This document shows, one piece after another, positions 13,908-25,900 of a stretch of DNA of 64,000 bases. Positions within the stretch are counted from its first letter, which is position 1. Each line of letters starts with the position of its first letter. The position numbers and the translations under genes were made by a program. The DNA comes from Macrostomum hystrix. Lineage: Eukaryota; Animalia; Platyhelminthes. The notes under the pieces were generated by a model. That model was not told where the DNA came from, did not search any database, and saw nothing but the letters and a program-made list of their open reading frames with translations. Location of the stretch: assembly GCA_950097015.1 (NCBI GenBank), contig CATNEN010000039.1, positions 13,330,001 to 13,394,000 of the forward strand. Direction: 5' to 3'.

Positions 13908-16900
13908 CTGAAATGAACAGGTAGACAGTTTCCTAGCTGTTAGACAGTTCCCTAGCTGTCAGACAGTTCCCTAGCTGTTAGACAGTTCCCTAGCTGTTAG
14001 ACAGTTTCCTAGCTGTCAGACAGTTTCCTAGCTGTCAGACAGTTCCCTAGCTGTTAGACAGTTTCCTAGCTGTTAGACAGTTTCCTAGCTGTTAGACAGT
14101 TTCCTAGCTGTTAGACAGTTCCCTAGCTGTTAGACAGTTTCCTAGCTGTTAGACAGTTTCCTAGCTGTTAGACAGTTTCCTAGCTGTTAGACAGTTTCCT
14201 AGCTGTTAGACAGTTTCCTAGCTGTTAGACAGTTTCCTAGCTGTTAGACAGTTTCCTAGCTGTCAGACAGTTTCCTAGCTGTTAGACAGTTTCCTAGCTG
14301 TCAGACAGTTTCCTAGCTGTCAGACAGTTTCCTAGCTGTTAGACAGTTCCCTAGCTGCTAGACAGTTTCCTAGCTGTTAGACAGTTTCCTAGCTGTTAGA
14401 CAGTTCCCTAGCTGTTAGACAGTTCCCTAACTGTTAGACAGTTCCCTAGCTGTTAGACAGTTCCCTAGCTGTTAGACAATTCCCTAGCTGTTAGACAGTT
14501 CCCTAGCTGTTAGACAATTCCCTAGCTGTTAGACAGTTTCCTAGCTGTTAGACAGTTCCCTAGCTGTTAGACAGTTAAATCTACCTGCCAACTAAAAATC
14601 TACCTGCCAACTAAAAATCTACCTGCCAACTAAAAATCTACCTGCAACTAAAAATCTACCTGCCAACTAAAAATCTACCTGCCGACTAAAAATCTACCTG
14701 CCAACTAAAAATCTACCTGCCAACTAAAAATCTACCTGACATTTAATAATCTACCCGTGGCCTAAAAACCTACCCGCAATCTAAAAATATAAAATCTACC
14801 TGTCTTTTTTCATCTACCTGCCATCTAAAATCTACCTACTATTTACCTATCTACGAGCTCGTATCTGCCATCTGGCACCTGCCTGCCCTGGGCATAGCTG
14901 TCCGTACTCTAAAAATCGACTCGAGTCTAAGGTCCTCTGCTCCACCCCCAGAGTGTCCAACTCACTGGCCCTCTGCTGAGTATAGGCCGGTGTCTTCATG
15001 CCGTTGGTACGCAGAATTTCCAATAGTTCAAATCTGAACGCCGAAATGTCGCCCTTGATTTCGTTCAGATCGTCCTCAGTAACGCCCTGCTTCTCGTCCG
15101 AGCGCATCCGTGCCATCAGGTAGCGCTTGACCAGGTCACGCATCACGGCCTGTGAACAGGTGGATAACTTTATAGATGGACAGGTAGATAGGTAGACAGG
15201 TAGAAAAGTAGAATTGAAAAAAGTAGACAGGTAGACAATAGGAGAGATTAGAAATTAGCACATAAGGAAGCATGCACAAAACGCATGGACACCTCACCTG
15301 GTATCTTGCTTCTCGCTCATTAATCTTCTTAACGACTTTCTGCAAACAAGAATTTTTGTGAGTCATTAAAATCAGTTTTAATTTCACTAATCGCCCAATT
15401 GTGAGAAATCGAGCCGTCTCCATAGCAACAAAGGTGATACGAGCTATTTACCCGAATGCTGTGCCACTTGCTGCGTTGGTGCCGTTTGGAGCATATGAAC
15501 AGGCGGTCCCTAAGCCAGGCTAATGCGTAGAGCAGCGACTTTGGACTGGGTATAATGTTGAACGGCGCTGGCAAAGTGGCTCCCTCCTCGAAGTAGCTGA
15601 TCCACAGCTTGCTCCGGGCGAATTTCCACTCCGTGTCCGCTTGAGCCTGCGACAAGAAAGTTGCTATTTTTAGAAACATTTTTCGGGAAATCCCCTTTTG
15701 ACATTCAATCCCTGCCCGTAATCGACCTTATCCAATTAAATACTGAAGTTGCTATTTTTAGAAAAATAGGGAAATCTTAACTTTGACCTTCTACAACCCT
15801 AGCCATTTAAGTCAATTGAACTCTGAAGTTTCTAGTTTTGTTAAAAAAAAGAGAATAACTTTCTTATCTTCCACAAAACCCCAGTCACGTGACTAGCCTC
15901 AGCCAATCAAAATTAGCGCCCCAATATCAAAAGAGAAGAATTGAAAACTAACTTCAGTAAACGACACACTTTCTTGTTACTTAAAGCAGCATCTAACAGC
16001 AGTAGCAGAATTTGTTTTACTCACAGCAATGTACTCATAGCTGCAGTTCATCATGGCGATGAGCATGTTAAGTAGGACTATGAAGGTTATCGCACAGAAC
16101 GCGCCAAACATCAGCTTGCCTGGATGGAAAAATTGGTGCGGTATCTTCGCTACTATAGTTATTCATATTTCCATATTTTTATCCTCGAGAAAGAAAGTGA
16201 ACTCCTCGGTGCTTTAACTTATTCGGCTATAAATGGTATGCCAGCATTAGCTGAGTTATAATATTTATTCTCTAATCTCTTTCTTGCGTAGCAATTCAGC
16301 ACCGTGTTGAATTCAGGCCGCAGTTGCTGGAAATTTATTTATAGACATTGCATAACTGCTGGCCCTAGACCTTATTCAGTTACACAAAGTGATAGAAGAT
16401 AAATAGACCGTGGCTATAACTGCAGATCCTGTGGACATTATTGTAGCTAAACATTTTCAGGCCCAAGCAGGTGACAATAATGAATCGGAGAACTGTTAGC
16501 ATTGCGGCGCTGGTTCTGACAGCGAGTCTGTTGCCTTCTGTTCTCGCAGTGAGTGATTCATAGCTCTGAACTTTTCCTGAATTCTCAATAATTATATAAT
16601 TCGTACTTATAATTGTTTCAGGGAGCGACATTCTTTTTAAGGTTGGATGAGTTTGAGAACTACGAAGGCCTTTTAAGCAGCCATTTCAAATGCGACGGTG
16701 GAAGACCGTGCGATCCGAAGTTTAATATTGATGTCAGAGGCGGCTGGTGAGTTAAACTTTAACTTCAACTAACTCAATTGTGTGGGCATCTCAAGCTTCA
16801 GCTTAATGGTGATCCATTTCTCCCTGTTCCCTGAAGTGGTAGCTTGCTGAAGGTTTAGGGGGATGTAGCTTGTTGAAAGTTCAGAAGGATGTAGCTTGCT

Positions 16901-19900
16901 GAAGTTTCAGGTGACTGGTAGCTTGCTGAAGGTTCAGGTGACTGGTAGCTTGCTGAAGGTTCAGGTGACTGGTAGCTTGCTGAAGTTTCAGGTGACTGGT
17001 AGCTTGCTGAAGTTTCAGGTGACTGGTAGCTTGCTGAAGTTTCAGGTGACTGGTAGCTTGCTGAAGTTTCAGGTGACTGGTAGCTTGCTGAAGTTTCAGG
17101 TGACTGGTAGCTTGCTGAAGTTTCAGGTGACTGGTAGCTTGCTGAAGTTTCAGGTGACTGGTAGCTTGCTGAAGTTTCAGGTGACTGGTAGCTTGCTGAA
17201 GTTTCAGGTGACTGGTAGCTTGCTGAAGTTTCAGGTGACTGGTAGCTTGCTGAAGGTTCAAGTGACTAGTAGCTTGCTGAAGTTTCAGGTGACTGGTAGC
17301 TTGCTGAAGGTTCAAGTGACTGGTAGCTTGCTGAAGGTTCAAGTGACTGGTAGCTTGCTGAAGGTTCAGAAGGATGTAGCTTGTTGAAAGTTCAGAAGGA
17401 TGTAGCTTGCTGAAGGTTCAGGTGACTGGTAGCTTGCTGAAGGTTCAAGTGACTGGTAGCTTGCTGAAGGTTCAGAAGGATGTAGCTTGCTGAAGGTTCA
17501 GAAGGATGTAGCTTGCTGAAGGTTCAGAAGGATGTAGCTTGCTGAAGGTTCAGAAGGATGTAGCTTGCTGAAGGTTCAGAAGGATGTAGCTTGCTGAAGG
17601 TTCAGAAGGATGTAGCTTGCTGAAGGTTCAGAAGGATGTAGCTTGCTGAAGGTTCAGAAGGATGTAGCTTGCTGAAGGTTCAGGTGACGGTTCAGGCATG
17701 TGTTAAAAATGTTTTACTATAATTGTCAAATCTTGTAGGGGTGTTGATACAAAATTGTCAGACTGCATCGTGGACAAGAACCATATCCTGTTTGGAAACA
17801 CCATTGGTACTGTACTGCCTAATCCACTGACCTATACGATGGAGATTACGTCGGTGAGTTGCTTTGCTTGTACGTAACATTGTATGCGCACATCGCTAAT
17901 CTCTGCCTAATTTTCCTTTCCATCCTTAAGTTCCCGGTTCACATCGACATCCGGGTGAAGGATTGCCTTTTCGAAGAGGCGGGCGACGATATCGCCGACT
18001 TCTACGTGTCACTCTCTGACCTTCCCGCGCCATTCCTCAATAGCGAGATAATCGACTCACACAGCGACTCAGACAGGATTAGAAAGCTGGAGTTGCATTC
18101 AATGCCACCAGCTCCAATGTCAATCAAGTAAGTTGACTTGAGAGCCCCTTAAAATATTTTATTAAGAAACTGAAAATTCAGGTTGTCTTAGCTACTGAAG
18201 GTTAACGAGGATGTAGCTTGCTGAAGTTTCAGGTTACGGGTTAGCTTGATGAAGGTTCAGGTAACGGGTTAGCTTGCTGAAGGTTCAGGTTACGTGCTAG
18301 CTTGCTGAAGGTTCAGGTGAAGGGTTAGCTTGCTAAAGGTTCAGGTGACGGGTAGCTTGCTGAAGGTTCAGGTAACGGGTTAGCTTGCTGAAGGTTCAGG
18401 TAACGGGTTAGCTTGCTGAAGGTTCAGGTAACGGGTTAGCTTGCTGAAGGCTCAGGTGAAGGGTTAGCTTGCTAAAGGTTCAGGTGAAGGGTTAGCTTGC
18501 TAAAGGTTCAGGTGACGGGTAGCTTGCTGAAGGTTCAGGTAACGGGTTAGCTCGCTGAAGGTTTAGGTAACGGGTTAGCTTGCTGAAGGTTCAGCTTACG
18601 GGTTAGCTTGATGAAGGTTCAGGTAACGGGTTAGCTCGCTGAAGGTTTAGGTAACGGGTTAGCTTGCTGAAGGTTTAGGTAACGGGTTAGCTTGCTGAAG
18701 GTTCAGGTAACGGGTTAGCTTGATGAAGGTTCAGGTAACGGGTTAGCTTGATGAAGGTTCAGGTAACGGGTTAGCTTGATGAAGGTTCAGGTAACGGGTT
18801 AGCTTGCTGAAGGTTCAGGTAACGGGTTAGCTTGCTGAAGGTTTAGGTAACGGGTTAGCTCGCTGAAGGTTTAGGTAACGGGTTAGCTTGCTGAAGGTTC
18901 AGGTTACGGGTTAGCTTGATGAAGGTTCAGGTAACGGGTTAGCTCGCTGAAGGTTTAGGTAACGGGTTAGCTTGCTGAAGGTTCAGGTAACGGGTTAGCT
19001 TGCTGAAGGTTCAGGTGACGGGTTAGCTTGCTGAAGGTTCAGGTGACGGGTTAGCTTGCTGAAGGTTCAGGAAGATGTTAGGTGTTGCTTTCTGTAGGTT
19101 AATGAGGCTGTATCCTACTGCAGGTTCAGGAGGGAAGTATTACTGAAGGTTCACTCAAATGAAGTTTGCTCTCAGTTGTCAACGACCGCTCAGTATTTTT
19201 CCCTGTTGCCACCCAGACTTCGAGTCTCAGTTTGGCAGCGATGCGACTTGAATTACTATGGTCGATTGTGCGACACGTTTTGCATGGCTCGGATACCTGG
19301 CTACGTTTGCGACCTCAGCGGAATTTTAAGATGCGTCTCTCCAGGTGTGGAAATGGTTAACTGCGCGGTATTTTTGATGTCAATCCCGTCTTATTTTTAG
19401 TGTTGGTAAATCAGAAATTTGTATTGTATTAGTCAGGCGAATTATTTTCTCACACTGTTGTTTTAATTGTTCCCAAGCTAAACGGACAATGTTGATTTGT
19501 GTCGCCAGGCTTATGCGGAGGAGAAGTGGCAACAAGCACGACGACAAAGCCGACTTCAACATCAACACAGTCGTCCACATCGACAGTAGTTTCAACGAGT
19601 ACTACTTCAAAGACATCTAGCCTAGCGTTGTCGACTGTCAAATCGTCAACAAAAAGTCCGATTAACTCGACGCCTTCGGTTTCCATGGCAACTACCTCGT
19701 CAGCGCTGTCAACAATAGCGGCGGTCGTTTCAGTTCCAAAAATTAAAAATCCAAAACGGCAACCAAACAGCACCATTGATGCTGCTCAAACCAATGACGG
19801 CGGCCCAGGGAGCATTTTGAGCTCACCTCTGCACCTGCTGCTAATGCTGATTCTGGGCCTGGTTCTCAGTGCGGGCATAACAATTTGGGCCGTTCTCTGC

Positions 19901-22900
19901 TCGAGGAGGAGAAAAGAGTGAGAAATTTTACGCGCAAAATTATAGGACGACTGAAATCTTCGAAACAACCCGTAGCCAAAATTTTATATTTTCTGACTTC
20001 TTGACGAGACGTCGGGAGTTCGGATCGCAGACAAAAGGAAATAAACTTTGTCCATAAAGATTCTCGTCGCGGCGTGTCGCGGCAAAAAACACAAGGGAAT
20101 CATTTTGAGAGGTGGACTTTCACGAAAATCGTTCATTCGGTTTTGGAGGCTGTGGGTATTTGAAATATCCACATGGCGGCCTCCTGTCATCACTATCGAG
20201 CCATTTACTAAATTTTCCTGACAAGCATTCCACCCTCTCGATCCGATACGGCAGGCCTCGTCCGATAACTGTGAGCAGCGTTCGCTTCAACCGAGACGGT
20301 ATCGGAATGGACGCTCCGATCGGCAGCCTGCCACACCACCAGCAGCAGCTGCAGCAGTGCTGGACAAACCAGGCTTACATTCTAGAGCAGCAAAGCCTGC
20401 AGTATAGGCAAAGCTTCCAGCCGCTGGCTCTGCAAGAGTCGGAAACTCAGCAGCAGCAGCAGCAGGATCTTGTCACTAGGCCAGACTCTGGTGTCTACGA
20501 AGAACCGATCGATATCTCTGAGCGGAATTTACCGCCCCTGCCACCAAGGTCAGATCTGTGCGCCGGTACCTTCAACAAGTAGAGCTTCGGATTTTGATTG
20601 ACATGTTTGATTGACAAAGCTGGTTATCAATGAACTATTTTAGTTTCTAGACAGACAGAAAACCAAAATTTGGAAAATTTTGCATTAGATTTATAGTCAT
20701 TCACTGATTAAATTTGCTCAATAAGTCGATTAAAATATTATTAAATTAAAACTACTTAAAACAGAACGTACACGTTGTGCGGTGAATGCAAACAATAAGA
20801 GAGCAGACCACAACAGAAAAGACAGGTTATATATCAGGACGAACACCTTCGAGATGAGAAAAGTCACCTTAGAAAAAAGAAGAGAAGAGCCCAGAGGAAA
20901 GGTTAAGACACACCAGAGACAAGAAGACACCCCAGAGACAAGAAAACACATCAGAGACAAGAAGACACCCCAGAGAGAAGAAGACACCCCAGAGAAAGGA
21001 AGACACACCAGAGACAAGAAGACACACCAGAGACAAGAAGACACCCCAGAGATAGGAAGACACACCAGAGGCAAGAAGACACCCCAGAGACAAGAAGACA
21101 CCCCAGAGAGAAGAAGACACCCAAGAGAGAAGAAGACACCCTAGCGACAAGAAGACACCCCAGAGAGAAGAAGACATCCAAGAGAGAAGAAGACACCCTA
21201 GCGACAAGAAGACACCCCAGAGACAAGAAGACAACCCAGAGAGAAGAAGACACCCCAGAGACAAGAAGACATCCAAGAGAGAAGAAGACACCCTAGCGAC
21301 AAGAAGACACCCCAGAGACAATAAGACACCCTAGAGAGAAGAAGACACCACTAGACAGAAAGAGACACCCCAAAGAAAGACACCTTAGAGAAAAGAAGAC
21401 ACCCAATCGAGGGAAGCAACAGAGGGAGAATTTTCAGTATAGAGAGTGCTTCCATTTCGCTGATATTCGAACTCCGAACCGCTCGGTCAGTAGCCTGAAG
21501 CATGGTCAAGCATTTATTGTGTCACTCACCAACAAACTGCGTGAATGAATGTTGGTACTCAAGGTCGGTGTTGGACAGGTCGATGAGGCCATAGGCAGAC
21601 CAATAGAGAGTCTGGGTGATCTCAAACAAGCTGCGAAAAAAATAATTCATTATTATACATTATTATTGATTTATATCGAAGATAAAAATGCATCAAGTTT
21701 AAAATTGTGTTTATCAACTTAGTCATACAAATAATTAAGTTGTAGGCGCCTGTAAGAACATGGCTATTCGATTTCATAATTTGATTATACGGACAATGCG
21801 CTTAGCATGTGTTAAAGTTAAGCTGCAACTGTAGATTAGCGAGAAACTTTCATAACACACTCTACAATTAATTTGGCTCGCTTTATTAGACCTTGGCCTT
21901 GCCTACCTGGCGACATCTACAGATCAAAGGCTTGATATTGTTTAAATTTGCTACTGCCAAGGCTACAATATCTCGCTTAACTGCACAGCCGAAAATTTGT
22001 TTTAAATAAGGACAGGGCGAGTGTAGGCAGAGTAGATACAGTAGACGAGCAACACTTAATATGAACTTTTACGATTGTTAAACAGGACACTATCGCATCT
22101 GTTAGATATTGACAGTGTCACACCTGTTAGATATGACAGTGTCACACCTGTTAGATATTGACAGTGTCACACTGTTAGATATTGACAGTGTCACACCTGT
22201 TAGATATGACAGTGTCACACCTGTTAGATATGACCCTATCACACCTGTTAGATATTGACAGTGTCACACCTGTTAGATATTGACAGTGTCACACCTGTTA
22301 GATATGACAGTGTCACACCTGTTAGATATGACAGCATCACACCTGCTAGACATGACCCTATCACACCTGTTAGATATTGACAGTGTAACACCTGTTAGAT
22401 ATGACAGCGTCACACCTGTTAGATATGACAATGTCACACCTGTTAGATATGACAGTGTCACACCTGTTAGATATGACAGTGTCACACCTGTTAGATATTG
22501 ACAGCGTCACACCTGTTAGATATTGACAGTGTCACACCTGTTAGATATGACAATGTCACACCTGTTAGATATGACAGTGTCACACCTGTTAGATATGACA
22601 GTGTCACACCTGTTAGATATTGACAGCGTCACACCTGTTAGATATTGACAGTGTCACACCTGTTAGATATGACAGCATCACACCTGCTAGACATGACCCT
22701 ATCACACCTGTTAGATATTGACAGTGTCACACCTGCAAGATATGACAGCGTCACACCTGTTAGATATGACAATGTCACACCTGTTAGATATGACAGCGTC
22801 ACACCTGTTAGATATGACAATGTCACACCTCTTAGATATGACAGCGTCACACCTGTTAAATATGACAGCGTCACACCTGTTAGATATGACAGCGTCACAC

Positions 22901-25900
22901 CTGTTAGATATGACAGCGTCACACCTGTTAGATATTGACAGCGTCACACCTGTTAGATATTGACAGTGTCACACCTGTTAGATATGACAGCGTCACACCT
23001 GTTAGATATTGACAGCGTCACACCTGTTAGATATTGACAGTGTCACACCTGTTAGATATGACAGCGTTAGAAAGGACTCTATCACACCTGTTAGACAGAC
23101 AGGCAGGCACACGGTTTTCAACAGACGGCACAATGGCTCACTTTGAGAAGGTCCTGCCACGGGTGACACAATACTGGTACTTGTCCAACGGTTCGCCGGT
23201 CATGCCAAAGTAGAACCGGTTATCCTGACAGAATTTGTTCCTCTGGTAGGCGTAGAACCAATATAGCTGGTTAAAGCCGCATGCGAAACTGACCAGAACC
23301 AACACGACAACAAACAGAAACTTGAGTATGTCGGACAGCATTCGACCTAGTGAGATCTGCAGCGGTCCCAGGTGCGGGTTCACAGTGAAGATGTAAACCA
23401 ATTTCAGCATTGAGAAAATGTTTGCCGTGGCGAATAGGCACTCAGATATCAGCGTGGGGTCGTAGGCGTCCCAGTTCTCGCGGTGAACATTCTTTAAACT
23501 GCCTCCTTTGTTTACCTGGGTTCGTTTTTAAACAATATAAAATCATTGTTATTAGTTAGAGAACTTCAGATAAAACAATTATAACAAAAATATTCTTACC
23601 AAATACCAGGCAACGCCTCTCAATGTGATGGTGGCGATGTACAGCGCGTTGGTGGCGAAATCCAACAAATTCCACATGTCGGTAACGTAGGCTTTGGCGC
23701 CTTCGCTCCAGAGTTGCTTCACCTCCTGCCAGACGAAACCTGCATGAGAAATTGGATGAAAGTTTCAGGAAATTCCTTGTTAAGATGATCCGAAAACTAC
23801 ATTTTAGAATTGCGAAAAGCGATTCGTCAAAAACCGAAAAATAATTCGGAAAAGAAATGGAAAAAATATCCGTTTGAATAGTGGAAAATTACACACTTGT
23901 ATCGTGGAAAATTCCGCATTTTAATCATGGAGAATCTCACATTATATAGCATATTTTCATTGTGGAAAATTCCACAGAAAAACTTAAACTCATGAAAATG
24001 TCTACACTAAATTAGTTAATAATTCTATACGAGCGTAATTTTCTTATTAAGATATTATTTTTCATTGTGTCTGGTCTCAATAAACCCAAGAAAAAAAGTT
24101 TAAATACAACTTTGACGACGAAAAATGACACAGTATCACTCAATGAAGTACAATCTGAGTCGCTATGGCTTCCCTTGAATGCTGAGAATCTCTGGCTGAT
24201 ATTGCTAGAAAAATTGATGAACGAAATGTGAAACTGTGGCCACGCCCATTCTCGAGCACCTTTAATTAATACTTCCCATGTTTTGGGAAGCAGGATTAGG
24301 CCTCTCTCTCCGTTTCTCTTTTTTTAATCCCACCGTAAGCCCGTCGCGTGATCAGCAGCTCAGCACGATGCTACACTGGGGGAGAACTTCTGGTTGCGAA
24401 AACAATTTTCAATTAGAGTCCTAACTGCACCCCCGAAGAGAAAAGCTGCTGCTGCTGCTGCTATTTGCCTGCATTGAGATTCAAAATTGAATAGAATTTT
24501 GAGTATAATGATAATAATAATTGCAGGAGGGCTGCGGGCAATGACACATAGATTGGTGACACTAGACCCGCAGCCAGCGAGGAGGCAATTCTGCCCATTT
24601 CGCTGACTCCTGAGCACACACGCACACAGATACCGTACGCAGGCATACGCTCACACAGGTGTGTACATCTGCCCTGACTTTCTCATCGTCAGGCAGTGTA
24701 CACTCTCACTGTGCCTTGGAGGTTGGCCCTCAAGGGCGTGAATTGCATGACAAGCCCCCAAGCCTTCTCTCCGCGGCTGCGCCCCAAATAAATGTGGCCT
24801 CGCCGTGGAATCGAACTTAGGGACCGTGGTGCGAGTGGCAAACGCGTTAACCGCTCTGCCACCGACCCCCTGAATTTTGAGTATACTTTTTTGTACTTTA
24901 TATGCTATATGTAACCCTATTTGTAGAAGTTGTATTACTCTTCATAACGTGTTTGATAGCAAAAACGTTTTAAAAATAACTATAATTGATTACACCTGCC
25001 CCAATTGGACAGCACAGCCGCAGCTATTGCGCGGCGCATCTGAAGGTTGCGTACTGCTGTTCAGTCCATGGACTGGGGGGGGGGACGCCACACCCACCCT
25101 CAATTAACCCAGCTAATGCGGGTACCCATTTAACAGCTGGGTGAACTGAAGCAATTGTCTAGCCAAACTGCACTGTTATTCCAGTGGGGACGGGAATCGA
25201 ATCACAGACGTTTCCAATTTAAGCTCAAGGACTTATTCCAACTTTATCTGACCTTTAAACTTAACTTCTATAAAAAAGAAGTAAAGGAATGGAAGTTGTC
25301 AATATACCAGAATAAAAGCCCATCTAACACCAAATAGCTTTCTGAGAGTAAAACAAAAATAAAAATAAAAAAAATTTGCTCGCTAAAAGCACGGGGAAAT
25401 TGTTTGCCATTAGGAAAAAAACCCGACAGGAAATACCAGAGATAGCTTTCATGTCAAAGTCCGAGTAAAACAAAAGTACAAGTCTAGCTCAGTGTAGCAT
25501 TAGAATAAAATAAAGCAGTAGACTCAAAGGCTTGTGTGTGCAATAATCTGAAAGTCTCATATTTCAGTATTTCAGTATTTTTCTAGAATTGTTATGTCAA
25601 TGGGAAACTTCCTTCCCTCAACATCAGCTCACCCATCACGTAGACGACAATGATCCATTCCACCACTGACGGCTCAGAGCCGCGCTCCTGCATCTTCTGC
25701 TCCAGTGTGTTCATCAGCAGGTCCTCGATTCGTATTGCAGCCAGCACCAGAAAGCCTGCGCGGTAGATTTACTGACAGTCAAAGACAACTTCATCTTACC
25801 CATTTTAAATTCTGCCAATCTTAAAGTTGCCATGCAATCAATCAATATTTTGGCTTGCCAGTAAATTCATCCGCAATCACTTTGTAAACCTCATCGATTA

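Noticed and set aside
24790-24868. Functional tRNA gene (also at ~34050 and the PBS at 47913)
   Set aside because: The tRNA-like heads continue into a shared SINE body; the PBS is only an 18-nt complement.
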